From Chryseobacterium sp. (GTDB taxonomy: Bacteria; Bacteroidota; Bacteroidia; Flavobacteriales; Weeksellaceae): DNA of 64,000 nt. This document shows, piece after piece, positions 1 to 9,351 of this stretch. The stretch is taken from contig NZ_JAYSDT010000005.1 of the NCBI RefSeq assembly GCF_041914225.1, positions 21,511-85,510 of the forward strand. The letters run 5' to 3'. The notes under the pieces were generated by a model. That model was not told the origin of the DNA. It made no database searches and saw nothing but the letters and a program-made list of their open reading frames with translations. A program made the translations under genes and the position numbers. Position 1 is the first letter of the stretch. Each line of letters opens with the position of its first letter.

Positions 1-333
1 AATACTGCAGACTTTTTGTTTATCAAAGCCGAACGCAGGTTTTACAAAATTAATTTTTCAGATATTAAATTTATAGAAGGACTTAAAGATTATGTTGTTA
101 TCCATACTCAGCAGCAGAAGCTGATCACTGCTATGAACCTGAAAACCATCCATCAGAAAATTTCAGGTGAAACCTTCATCAGGGTAAGTAAATCTTACGT
201 TGTCAATATGAACTATATTGATTCATTTGATAATCATAATATCTACATTGAAGACTCTGAAATCCCGCTTGGGGAAGTATACAGATCAGAATTCTTTACA
301 AGATTTGCCGGCGGACTTCTCAACTCAGACTGA
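1..333 (+). CDS. LytTR-family response regulator, C-terminal part (5' end outside window)
   Basis: LytTR DNA-binding motifs FIKAERRFYKINFSDIKFIEGLKDYV and FIRVSKSYVVN; frame open to the window edge. Confidence 0.9.
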   Translation, partial: NTADFLFIKAERRFYKINFSDIKFIEGLKDYVVIHTQQQKLITAMNLKTIHQKISGETFIRVSKSYVVNMNYIDSFDNHNIYIEDSEIPLGEVYRSEFFTRFAGGLLNSD

Positions 334-335
334 TG

Positions 336-500
336 AATGAGTAATAAGTAATAAGCAATCAGTAATTTAATGATCGGGGTATGATAAAAATATGCATATT
401 CATCCGTGTAAATCTGTGTAATCTGCGGTTAAAAATTATACAATAGAAACGGATTTTAGCCCGTCAAATAATTCTTCAACGGCTTTAGCCAAAACTTAAA
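336..500. repeat. Intergenic cluster of short repeats (heptamer T/C-AAT-A/G/C-AG tandem plus short palindromic elements)
   Basis: gaatgag-taataag-taataag-caatcag-taat at 336-366; the same heptamer family recurs as an inverted pair at ~21262-21320. Confidence 0.5.
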
Positions 501-511
501 ATAGTTGCTTA

Positions 512-1246
512 TCAATAAAGCTTCTGATCCTTTTCACAAAAGAAGCTCCTTCTTTTTCCGGCACCTGTCTGTTTTTTGACCAGCTTCTGTCCGCAAACAG
601 GACATACAGATTTGGTATGTACCAGCCAGTGTTTCTTCAAAACAAACTCCCTTTTCCATTTCAGGAAATCAAAACTGTAATTTCTGGCTTCAGCAATAAG
701 CTCTTTCCTTTTTTTAGCCGGGAGATTGCCCAACAGACTTTCAGGTTGCACTCCGATTCTGAAAAGGACTTCATTTTTAATGATATTCCCTACACCTGAA
801 AAAATATCCTGGTTCATTAAGGCATCACACACCATCATTTTCGGATTCGATTTTAGCTTTTCTTCAGCTTTTTTCGGATTCCACTGATCGCTCATAACAT
901 CAGCTTCCCAGTCAATGGTGGAGAGAAATTCCAGATCTACGGGCTTTACCGAGCAGGTGTAAAAATAGATGCTGCCGGTTGGGAAAAACAAAGCCAGGCG
1001 CAGGCTTTTATCCGGCTTGGTCTGCTCATCAATACCGTAAGAGCCAAACATCAATAAATGGATTCGGATGGCTGCTTTCTCAAAAACAAGGTAAGTCTGC
1101 TTTCCAAAAGTACGGATTTCGAGAAGGGTCTGCCCGATAAAAGAGTCTTTTTCAAATTTGGCATTCCCTGAAACTTCTGTCACTTGCTGGCCTGCAAATG
1201 GCTGCAGGCTTTCTTTCATTAATATGATGGATGGACCTTCAGGCAT
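512..1246 (-). CDS. Fpg/Nei-family DNA glycosylase/AP lyase
   Basis: N-terminal MPEG catalytic motif, HLLMFG, H2TH motif GVGNIIKNEVLF, C-terminal zinc-finger-like CPVC...FC. Confidence 0.9.
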   Translation of the reverse strand: MPEGPSIILMKESLQPFAGQQVTEVSGNAKFEKDSFIGQTLLEIRTFGKQTYLVFEKAAIRIHLLMFGSYGIDEQTKPDKSLRLALFFPTGSIYFYTCSVKPVDLEFLSTIDWEADVMSDQWNPKKAEEKLKSNPKMMVCDALMNQDIFSGVGNIIKNEVLFRIGVQPESLLGNLPAKKRKELIAEARNYSFDFLKWKREFVLKKHWLVHTKSVCPVCGQKLVKKQTGAGKRRSFFCEKDQKLY

Positions 1247-1330
1247 AAGTTTGTTTTGAGATAAAGATTCAAATAGTATTCCATTATCTGAATCTCCATC
1301 CTAAAACAAATCTATGTAAGCATTACAGGA

Positions 1331-1960
1331 TCAGTTATGCTTTTGCCCTACAAAACGGATAACAGAACCTGTTCCGTTATGAAACAAGCCTTCCCTGAGC
1401 TCGATTTCTGTTTCTTTTAATTCTATAATATCATAATCTGGAAAATCAGCTTTGATCTCATCAATAGAAAATAAGGATTCAATATCTTTGGGTCCGCCTA
1501 CCTTCTCATTCCTGGCGATATATTCAAGATGGTTTTTACTGAAAGCCTCGAAAATAATAAATCCGCCTTTACGGAGATATTGATTCAGCATTTGATGGAT
1601 AGAAGATTTAACAGCAGCCGGAAAATGAGCGTAGATAAGTGCAATGGCATCAAACTGCTCTTTTTGGTAATTCAGATCAGAAAGTTCTCCAACCTGATAA
1701 TCAATAGCGGTTCCCAGTTGATGCGCAAGCTGCAATGCTTTATTTCTGCCATTGGCACTGATGTCAAAAGCTGAAACCTGCCAACCCTGTGTCGCTGCAA
1801 AAACAGCATTTCGACCTTCCCCTTCTGCAGGGAAAAGTATAGTGCCGGGCTTTAATTGACTAAGTTGCTCCCTCAGGTAATTATTCGGTTCGGTTCCATA
1901 CGCAAACTCTTCGCTGCTGTACCTTTCATCCCATCTGTTGAGCCATGTGTTGTCCTTCAT
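1331..1960 (-). CDS. Class I SAM-dependent methyltransferase
   Basis: WDERYS...YGTEPN N-terminus and motif [10 protein letters not shown]; start placed at ATG 1960. Confidence 0.88.
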   Translation of the reverse strand: MKDNTWLNRWDERYSSEEFAYGTEPNNYLREQLSQLKPGTILFPAEGEGRNAVFAATQGWQVSAFDISANGRNKALQLAHQLGTAIDYQVGELSDLNYQKEQFDAIALIYAHFPAAVKSSIHQMLNQYLRKGGFIIFEAFSKNHLEYIARNEKVGGPKDIESLFSIDEIKADFPDYDIIELKETEIELREGLFHNGTGSVIRFVGQKHN

Positions 1961-2159
1961 TGTAAAAGAATTTAAAATTTGCATGAAGAAGAATCAAAAG
2001 TATTCTTCAGTTATATTAGTTGCACCAAATGTAAAATATTTCTTCAAGCTTCCGGCCTCTAAAAAACGTTTATCATAATAGATTTTTTGAATGAGAGATC
2101 TGTTCAATAAAAATCTAAATACTATTCCGTACAATCAAAATTTGAAGTAATTTTGAAAA

Positions 2160-3518
2160 ATGATGAATTTAAACCACATTTTCACCAATCAACGTACAGG
2201 AAATAATCCGCAGACTAAAGCTTCAAGAACTGATTTTCAAAGGGATTTCGATAGAATTATCTTCTCTTCTGCCTTCAGGAGACTGCAGAATAAAACCCAG
2301 GTTTTTCCTCTTCCCGGCAGTGTTTTTGTACACAACAGACTTACACACTCGCTGGAAGTTTCGTCTGTAGGAAGAAGTTTAGGAAGTATTGTAGGTGAAT
2401 TTATTGCTGAAGATTTTAAAAATGAACTGGCGGAGGATTCAAAGAATTTTTATCTCCACAATTTAGGAAATGTAATAGCTGCAGCATGTTTATGCCATGA
2501 TGTGGGAAATCCTGCTTTCGGACATTCCGGGGAAGATGCCATTGCGAGCTATTTTGAAAGAAATGAAAAAGATCTGAAATCTAAGTTCAATGAAAAAGAG
2601 TGGGCAGATCTGGTTAATTTTGAAGGTAATGCCAACGCGATCAGAGTGCTGGCACAGCAGCAGCAGGGGAAAGATGCCGGAGGTATTCAGCTTACTTTCT
2701 CAACGCTGGCAAGCATAGCAAAATATCCGTGTGAGGCTGTAGCAAAGAAAAAAGGAATCATTCACAGGAAGAAATTCGGGTTTTTCCAGAATGAAAAGGA
2801 TATATTCCTGGAAATCGCGAAAGGAACCCGGCTTATTGCTGAAAGTGAAGAACCTTATATTTTCAAAAGACATCCTTTCGTATGGCTGGTAGAAGCAGCA
2901 GATGATATCTGCTACAATATCATTGATATGGAAGATGCCCATAGACTGGGAATTGTATCAACAGCAGACTGTAAAAACTTATTTTTCGAGCTGGTAAAGT
3001 CTGAAACCGATGATGTTCAGAGAATTGAGACAAAACTAAGCTCTATCTCCAATGAAAATGAGCAGATTTCTTATTTAAGAGCAAAAGTGATCAATGCCTT
3101 AATCAATAAATCAATTGAGATGTATAAGTATAACTTTGAAACCATTCTTGAAGGAAATCTTGGCAACGGTTTACTGGACATCTATAAAAAAGAAAATAAG
3201 GCACTTCAGGATATTGAAAGTTTTTCAGTAGAAAAAATTTATAATCATAAAGCGGTTGTCGAAATTGAAAATGCAGGATATAATGTGATGTATGAATTAC
3301 TGGATCACTTTATTCCTTCCATTCTGAAGTCTGATGAAAAAAGAAAATCTTATGACGTAAAAGCTTTGAAATTAATTCCAAAGCAATTTATTTACAATGA
3401 CGGAACCGATTACCAGAAAGTTCTCGGGGTCATTGATTTCGTCTCGGGCATGACTGATAATTATGCTACCGATCTGTATCGAAAAATTAAAGGAATAGAC
3501 ATTGGAATGACCGTGTAA
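2160..3518 (+). CDS. dgt: Deoxyguanosinetriphosphate triphosphohydrolase (dGTPase, HD superfamily)
   Basis: RTDFQRDFDRIIFSSAFRRLQNKTQVF, HNRLTHSLEV, HDVGNPAFGHSGE, EAADDICY, DFVSGMTD motifs. Confidence 0.95.
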   Translation: MMNLNHIFTNQRTGNNPQTKASRTDFQRDFDRIIFSSAFRRLQNKTQVFPLPGSVFVHNRLTHSLEVSSVGRSLGSIVGEFIAEDFKNELAEDSKNFYLHNLGNVIAAACLCHDVGNPAFGHSGEDAIASYFERNEKDLKSKFNEKEWADLVNFEGNANAIRVLAQQQQGKDAGGIQLTFSTLASIAKYPCEAVAKKKGIIHRKKFGFFQNEKDIFLEIAKGTRLIAESEEPYIFKRHPFVWLVEAADDICYNIIDMEDAHRLGIVSTADCKNLFFELVKSETDDVQRIETKLSSISNENEQISYLRAKVINALINKSIEMYKYNFETILEGNLGNGLLDIYKKENKALQDIESFSVEKIYNHKAVVEIENAGYNVMYELLDHFIPSILKSDEKRKSYDVKALKLIPKQFIYNDGTDYQKVLGVIDFVSGMTDNYATDLYRKIKGIDIGMTV

Positions 3519-3542
3519 ATTCTATTTATTGTAATAATTCAG

Positions 3543-3585
3543 AAGCCTCTTCGATTAATGATTTCATTAAAGTGGAGGCTTTTTT
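3543..3585 (+). terminator. Rho-independent terminator after dgt
   Basis: AAGCCTC...GAGGCTT stem followed by T-run. Confidence 0.6.
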
Positions 3586-3740
3586 GTGCTTTAAAATCAG
3601 AACGGATTATTTCTTTACATAAATTGACCGGCAGGTATCAGTGAAGGCTTAAATTTATTTTTCCTATATTTAAAACAGCACACATAAAAATTCTTTTAAC
3701 AAAACAGGATTTATAACGACATATTAAAAAATTAAAAACT

Positions 3741-4679
3741 ATGGGTATATACTTAGCGCCCGTTATTTTCTTCGGGCTTATCATTTTGTTCGCTTCGTTT
3801 TTTGTGGTTAAACAGGAAACAGCAGCAATTATTGAACGCTTCGGGAAATTTCAGGCTGTAAAACATTCCGGTCTTCATCTTAAACTGCCGATTATAGATC
3901 AGATCGCCAAAAGACTGAACCTGAGAATCCAGCAGCTGGATGTAATGATTGATACCAAAACATTGGATAATGTTTTTATCAAAATGAAAATTTCCGTTCA
4001 GTATCAGGTGATCAGAAATCAGGTGGGAGATGCTTATTACCGTTTGGAAAATCCTGAAAACCAGATTACCTCATTCGTATTCGACGTAGTGCGTGCAGAG
4101 GTTCCGAAACTGAAACTGGATGATGTTTTTGTAAGAAAAGATGATATTGCAGTAGCTGTAAAGAGCGAGCTTCAGGAAGCTATGAACAGTTATGGTTATG
4201 ATATTATCAAGGCTTTGGTAACAGATATTGATCCGGATGAGCAGGTAAAACATGCGATGAACAGAATTAACGCTGCAGAAAGAGAAAAAACCGCTGCAGA
4301 ATATGAATCTGAAGCCCAAAGAATCCGTATCGTAGCCGTTGCCAAAGCAGAGGCAGAATCTAAAAAACTTCAGGGGCAGGGGATTGCCGACCAAAGACGG
4401 GAAATTGCAAAAGGGCTTGAAGAATCTGTTAGAATGCTGAATAATGTGGATATCAACTCTCACGAAGCATCAGCACTTATTGTGGTAACACAGCACTATG
4501 ATACTTTACATTCCGTAGGGGCAAGCAACAGAAGTAATCTTGTACTTCTTCCCAATTCGCCCACTGCAGCCAGCGAAATGCTGAATGATCTTGTGGTAGC
4601 AATGACAACAGCCAATACAGTAGGAGAAGCTACAAAAGGGAAGTACCCTGAGCCTGCCCAAAAAGAATCAGGCTTTTAA
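3741..4679 (+). CDS. SPFH/band 7 domain membrane protein
   Basis: N-terminal TM helix, ERFGKF, TKTLDNV, AEREK-rich coiled coil. Confidence 0.93.
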   Translation: MGIYLAPVIFFGLIILFASFFVVKQETAAIIERFGKFQAVKHSGLHLKLPIIDQIAKRLNLRIQQLDVMIDTKTLDNVFIKMKISVQYQVIRNQVGDAYYRLENPENQITSFVFDVVRAEVPKLKLDDVFVRKDDIAVAVKSELQEAMNSYGYDIIKALVTDIDPDEQVKHAMNRINAAEREKTAAEYESEAQRIRIVAVAKAEAESKKLQGQGIADQRREIAKGLEESVRMLNNVDINSHEASALIVVTQHYDTLHSVGASNRSNLVLLPNSPTAASEMLNDLVVAMTTANTVGEATKGKYPEPAQKESGF

Positions 4680-4781
4680 GATAAAAAGAAGCGGAAATGG
4701 AACTGAAAAAATGATTTAATGGAAAATTTTCCGTGATTGTCAGAAATAACTTCAGGCTTCATTCTTCAAGCTTCCCGCAAT

Positions 4782-4816
4782 AAAAAACGCTTCTGAATTT
4801 TTCAGAAGCGTTTTTT
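4782..4816. terminator. Bidirectional terminator
   Basis: AAAAAACGCTTCTGAA-TTT-TTCAGAAGCGTTTTTT inverted repeat between convergent genes. Confidence 0.85.
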
Positions 4817-4824
4817 ATTTATTA

Positions 4825-5439
4825 TTATTTCTTCGTTTTGGAAACCTGTTCTGTCAGTGTGTATCTGATTGAAGAAGCATCCGCCGGTGGATTTTCAATT
4901 TTTTCAGTTTTCACTTTTAAAACATATTCGTATCCCGGTTCATAGGTGAAACCTTCAATATTACTATAGAAGTTCGTCCAGTTTTCAGATGCTTTCTCTT
5001 TTACCTGCAGACATTTCATACGGCCTGCTCCTGCAGAACAATCTACGGTCTGGGGTCCTACAATAATTATTTTTTCGCTGGCAGCCGTTCCTGCTTTTTT
5101 CGTTTTTGAAACCTGTTTTACCAATGTATATTTTATGGATGATCCATCAGCTGGCGGATTTTCAATTTTTTCAGTTTTTACTTTTAAAACATATTCATAG
5201 CCCGGTTCATAAGTAAATCCTTCGATATTGCTGTAAAAATTAGTCCAGTTTCCGGAAGCGTTTTCTTTTACCTGCAGACATTTCATAGGAGCTACACCTG
5301 TACAGTCTGCTGTCTGTGGTCCTACGATGAATGTTTTTTCATCACCTGCGGATGCATTGGCTGTGGTTGTACATTGCGTCATTGCGAATAATGCTAATGC
5401 GGGTGCTGCCCCTTTTAGAATTGTTGCTATACTTTTCAT
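4825..5439 (-). CDS. Lipoprotein with two tandem DUF4377-like domains
   Basis: Lipobox-like LFAMTQC; two near-identical repeats VGPQT.DC...MKCLQVKE...WTNFYSNIEGFTYEPGYEYVLKV...PPAD.SSI.YTL. Confidence 0.85.
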   Translation of the reverse strand: MKSIATILKGAAPALALFAMTQCTTTANASAGDEKTFIVGPQTADCTGVAPMKCLQVKENASGNWTNFYSNIEGFTYEPGYEYVLKVKTEKIENPPADGSSIKYTLVKQVSKTKKAGTAASEKIIIVGPQTVDCSAGAGRMKCLQVKEKASENWTNFYSNIEGFTYEPGYEYVLKVKTEKIENPPADASSIRYTLTEQVSKTKK

Positions 5440-5587
5440 AAACATTGATTTTTTCCCCATACCTCGCAATTACCATGCCGAAATCGGCTTTCCTGAATTT
5501 GTAGTACTTCTGCTATTGTTTTTTATTTTTTTAATTGTTTAATTTGAATTTCTTAAACACTAACCAAAATATAATTCTTATAATAAT

Positions 5588-7609
5588 ATGGATAATCAAG
5601 TGCAAGTTGAAAATTACAGGATTCAAAAACCTGAAATGTGGGCAGGAAATGTCGGAGATGAGGAAATTATAAGCCGGATCAAAGATTCAGAATTTGCCAG
5701 AAAACAAATTGATGAGGGCAGGGATTACTGCTACTTTTTAGATAAAAAATACTATACAAGCAATAAGGAGAACAGTGAATATGTCTGCATGGCCTATACT
5801 CTGAATGAACCCGGGAATCTGGAAAGAGCCTATGTTTCTGATGTTATTGTGGAAGAAAACGAGGTGTACCAGATCCACCGGATCAGCGTTCTGAGAGATG
5901 GTGTTCTGATTGATAAGATTCCGGATACGAAAATCAAAGTCCTTGACAGTGAAAACCAAAGCAGTGGAGGTGTTCTGAGCAGTAATAAAAAGATCAATAT
6001 TACCATTAAGGATCTGAGACTGTATGATATACTTATTTTAGAAGACTCAAGAATTAAAGAATTTACTGATCGTGATTTCCTGAGAAAGGAATTCTCCAAA
6101 TACGTTTGGGTAAGTCCTGATAATTACTGGGCTTACGGGAGTTTTAAATTTACATTCATTAATGAACGTGAACAGACGATTGCTTACAAAAAAACGTTTT
6201 TCAGAGATGAGCCGGGGAATGTTCTTGAACCGCAGGTAAACCATCTGAAAAAAGGAGAACGATTCGTTATCGAAGAACAGAATTATATCAATCCTGTAGA
6301 TTCAGGACGTGAGATTTTCCCTTATGTGGATTTTGCTACAGAAAGCAATTGGAAAGACCTGTCTAATTATATTGTCCCTTTTTATGAGGAAATATTCAAT
6401 AAAGCTTCCTTAAAGGATTTTGCCCCGAATCTCGTTGAAAAACTGGATGCCATTACCGATCAGGATGAAAAACTTCAGTTTGCCATAGAATATGTTCAGA
6501 ATCATATTTATTATATCTTCAATGCTGATGAAATGAACGGACATAAGCCACAGGAACCGTCGGTAACTTATGAAAACAAGCAGGGGGATTGTAAGGCAAA
6601 ATCGGTTTTATTGAAAGTTATTCTTGATTATATCGGAGTAGAAGCTTCCGTTGTATTGGTGAATTTCAACACGGATTATTATATCAAATATTATCTTCCA
6701 TCGTTATTAAGCTTTAATCATGTGGTGGTAAAAGTGAACTACAAAGGACAGGAATATTTTATTGATGCCACCATCCGTGATGAATTCGGATTGATAGAAA
6801 ACCGTGGATTCATATATTTTATGCATTATCTGGAAGTGAAAAAAGATCAGGAGCTGCAGGTAAGAAAGCCTTATAAATTCCCTTATTTCTGTATTGACGA
6901 AAAAGTAGACTTCAGCGCACAGGGCAATACCGGAAAGCTTACTTTGTCAACGACTTACAAAGGAAACAGAGCCAATGCTATGAGAAGGTATTTTAAGAGT
7001 ACGAATAAAAGGGAAATTATTGACAGCTGGAACAGCTTCCTTTTTTATGCGCTTAACTATTCAGGAGACAGGAACGGAACGGATGTAAGAGACGTGTTTA
7101 AAGATGCAGCCATTGATGTGGTAAGTGATGACAAGAGATTGAATGAAGTCAGAATTCAATATTCCGCTGTTATTGAGAATCCTTATTTTGTAGATCCGCA
7201 GAAGAACCGTTTCCTGATGTATTTTGACAGGAATGTAGTGAAGGCAAGTGCCAGGGATTTCATGCATAAAGATCTACCATTCTGGCATAATTTTGACAGT
7301 GAGAAATACGAGATCAACCTACATACAGATCATAAAATTGATACTGAAGAAAAATATACAATTCAGGAAAGTACGATTACCAATCCGTATTTTGATTATA
7401 AAAGCCGTAAAAAAGTACATAAGAACGGGGCCAGTGTATACATAGAATATAGTCCTCTGATCAATATTGAAATTCCTCAGAATGAGTTTGAACAGTTCAG
7501 AACAGATCATCATACCATTGCCGACAGTAATTACGGGCTGGGAATTGATATTATCGAACCGGGACTCATGAACAGGCTTAAATTCAGCTTTAAGAAAAAA
7601 TTCAAATAG
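5588..7609 (+). CDS. DUF3857/transglutaminase-domain protein
   Basis: GDCKAKS...FNHVV...FIDAT Cys-His-Asp triad; no obvious signal peptide. Confidence 0.8.
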   Translation: MDNQVQVENYRIQKPEMWAGNVGDEEIISRIKDSEFARKQIDEGRDYCYFLDKKYYTSNKENSEYVCMAYTLNEPGNLERAYVSDVIVEENEVYQIHRISVLRDGVLIDKIPDTKIKVLDSENQSSGGVLSSNKKINITIKDLRLYDILILEDSRIKEFTDRDFLRKEFSKYVWVSPDNYWAYGSFKFTFINEREQTIAYKKTFFRDEPGNVLEPQVNHLKKGERFVIEEQNYINPVDSGREIFPYVDFATESNWKDLSNYIVPFYEEIFNKASLKDFAPNLVEKLDAITDQDEKLQFAIEYVQNHIYYIFNADEMNGHKPQEPSVTYENKQGDCKAKSVLLKVILDYIGVEASVVLVNFNTDYYIKYYLPSLLSFNHVVVKVNYKGQEYFIDATIRDEFGLIENRGFIYFMHYLEVKKDQELQVRKPYKFPYFCIDEKVDFSAQGNTGKLTLSTTYKGNRANAMRRYFKSTNKREIIDSWNSFLFYALNYSGDRNGTDVRDVFKDAAIDVVSDDKRLNEVRIQYSAVIENPYFVDPQKNRFLMYFDRNVVKASARDFMHKDLPFWHNFDSEKYEINLHTDHKIDTEEKYTIQESTITNPYFDYKSRKKVHKNGASVYIEYSPLINIEIPQNEFEQFRTDHHTIADSNYGLGIDIIEPGLMNRLKFSFKKKFK

Positions 7610-7647
7610 AATTTTGTACATTCAAAGTTCAAGGTTCAAGGTTTAGA

Positions 7648-7680
7648 ATTTCCGCGGGCGGCGACGCCGCCCGCGGAAAT
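7648..7680. repeat. Perfect GC-rich palindrome (REP-like hairpin or terminator)
   Basis: ATTTCCGCGGGCGGCG-A-CGCCGCCCGCGGAAAT, 16-bp arms; preceded by heptamer tandem TTCAAAG/TTCAAGG/TTCAAGG. Confidence 0.75.
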
Positions 7681-7728
7681 CTTTTATATTATTTTTATTC
7701 AAATCATTAAAAAAACACAGATTTATTT

Positions 7729-8187
7729 ATGTTTAAGATATTTTATCTTGCTTCTTTTCTTGCAGTCTCATCTCTGATCAATGCACAAAAAATAACCAAA
7801 GAAAATGTTACAGGATTCTGGAAGCTGAAGGAAGCCGGATTTTATGAAGGGAAAGAGAAAGTGATAAAAGAATTCGATAACTGCCGTCTGATGAGAAACT
7901 ATGCCATCAGGGAAGATGGTTTTGCTGTTTATAATTATATAGAAGGAAGTGTAGGGAACTGCAGCCCGTCTGAACCCAGACTATCTTTCTGGAGAATCGT
8001 AGACAACAGGATCCAGTTTTATGTAGATGACCAGAATATCCTTGAAGAAGTAGTGGTAACAATGAATAAAGATAAAACAATGACTTTTTCAAGTTATATT
8101 CCTGAACAAAAAAAAGCAGATGGCGACGCTCTTGCTGAAAAAATAGTGAATACCGTTCACTACGACATACTTGAAAAACAATATTGA
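7729..8187 (+). CDS. Secreted lipocalin-like domain protein
   Basis: Signal peptide ending INAQ; VTGFWKL (GxW) motif. Confidence 0.65.
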   Translation: MFKIFYLASFLAVSSLINAQKITKENVTGFWKLKEAGFYEGKEKVIKEFDNCRLMRNYAIREDGFAVYNYIEGSVGNCSPSEPRLSFWRIVDNRIQFYVDDQNILEEVVVTMNKDKTMTFSSYIPEQKKADGDALAEKIVNTVHYDILEKQY

Positions 8188-8211
8188 TAATAAAAAAATA
8201 AACCCTGATTT

Positions 8212-8661
8212 ATGAATTATGTAACAGTGATTTATCTCCTGAATCTGGTATTGTATGCCATGTATTTCTTTGGAAGAATCGGAAGCGAGGTGCCCATATC
8301 CGGCCTCGATTTTACCGTTTCCGGAATATTATCCCTTTTGCTCATCTTTGCAGGATATCTGAACGCAAAAAAAGGAATGATCTACAGAACTGTTTTATGG
8401 GTGTTTTTTGTGAATGTTTTCTTATTCACTTGTTCCGGGGTGTTTGATCAGTTTGGAAGTAATTTTAATATCCTTTCTACTGGTAACAGCGACACTTTCC
8501 TTTTTTCACTGGCTCTTCTTGTTTATAATGGATATCTTTTTCCTTTGACTGTTGTTCTTGATGGTTCCGGTCTGGCATTAATAATTCCTGTTGTATTGTC
8601 ATTTATTCTGCCTTCATTGGGATATATGATAGGGAAGAAGCTTTATCAAAATGCCCGGTAA
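8212..8661 (+). CDS. Hypothetical multi-pass membrane protein
   Basis: 149-aa hydrophobic ORF with 4-5 TM-like segments, co-oriented with the upstream gene. Confidence 0.65.
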   Translation: MNYVTVIYLLNLVLYAMYFFGRIGSEVPISGLDFTVSGILSLLLIFAGYLNAKKGMIYRTVLWVFFVNVFLFTCSGVFDQFGSNFNILSTGNSDTFLFSLALLVYNGYLFPLTVVLDGSGLALIIPVVLSFILPSLGYMIGKKLYQNAR

Positions 8662-8667
8662 ATTATA

Positions 8668-8826
8668 GTCATTGCGAACCGAAGGTGAAGCAATCTCAAC
8701 ATTATTCATAAGCAAAAAGTTGGAAAACGCAAAGTCGCTAAGATTTTTACAGTAAGACGCAAGGATTTTATCTTCGATAAAATTTTCAACGGTACTTTTG
8801 TCATTCCGAGCAAAGCAAGAAATCTC
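8668..8826. repeat. Pair of REP-like GTCATT.CGA...AATCTC elements
   Basis: gtcattgcgaaccgaaggtgaagcaatctc (8668-8697) and gtcattccgagcaaagcaagaaatctc (8800-8826). Confidence 0.55.
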
Positions 8827-8859
8827 AATTATTCAAATAAGGGTTTTAATTTTAAACCT

Positions 8860-9195
8860 TTATGGATTCTGGGGTTTATTATTAGGCATTATGAATTTCT
8901 GCTTCCCAATCAAAAGTTCAAAAAACAGCCTGAAGTCTGAGATTAAAGACCATAAAGGATATTTAAAAGTAGCCGGCTTGTTTCTTTCAATCACGGCATG
9001 GCTGAACCAGGCAAATCCGTAGCCTACAATAGGAATGTACCATAAAAATCTTTCTTTTCCTGAACTGATAACATATCCTATAACGAAAAATACAAGAAAG
9101 GTCCCAATAAAATGAAAAATGCGGGTTCCTGTTTTACTGTGTTCAGTAAGGTAAAACTGATAAAATTCTCTGTATGTTTTGATTCTTTCAGCCAT
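8860..9195 (-). CDS. DUF962/Mpo1-like membrane protein
   Basis: FYQFYLTEHS...RIFHFIGT, GYGFAWFSHAVIERNKPATFKYPLWSL; start placed at ATG 9195. Confidence 0.88.
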   Translation of the reverse strand: MAERIKTYREFYQFYLTEHSKTGTRIFHFIGTFLVFFVIGYVISSGKERFLWYIPIVGYGFAWFSHAVIERNKPATFKYPLWSLISDFRLFFELLIGKQKFIMPNNKPQNP

Positions 9196-9351
9196 GGTGG
9201 TTAGTTTACGGGTTCTTATAAAGCTAAAGCAATAATTCTGCCGATTTTTATCTGAAGTTAAAAAATAAAAAAGGCAAAATCGCAAATTAGTTTCTCCATT
9301 GGGTTTAACCTTTCTGCCATTTTGCCTTTTCGCAATTTTGCCAATTATGAT

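Noticed and set aside
2160-3518. dGTPase as an antiphage nucleotide-depletion system
   Set aside because: Sits in housekeeping context outside the mobile element; nothing distinguishes it from the ordinary enzyme
4825-5340. Internal DNA direct repeat as a template/variable-repeat pair of a diversity-generating retroelement
   Set aside because: Both copies lie in one ORF as a domain duplication, differences are not adenine-specific, and no reverse transcriptase is present
8798-9022. 74-aa plus-strand ORF
   Set aside because: Starts in a REP-like repeat and overlaps the DUF962 gene on the opposite strand
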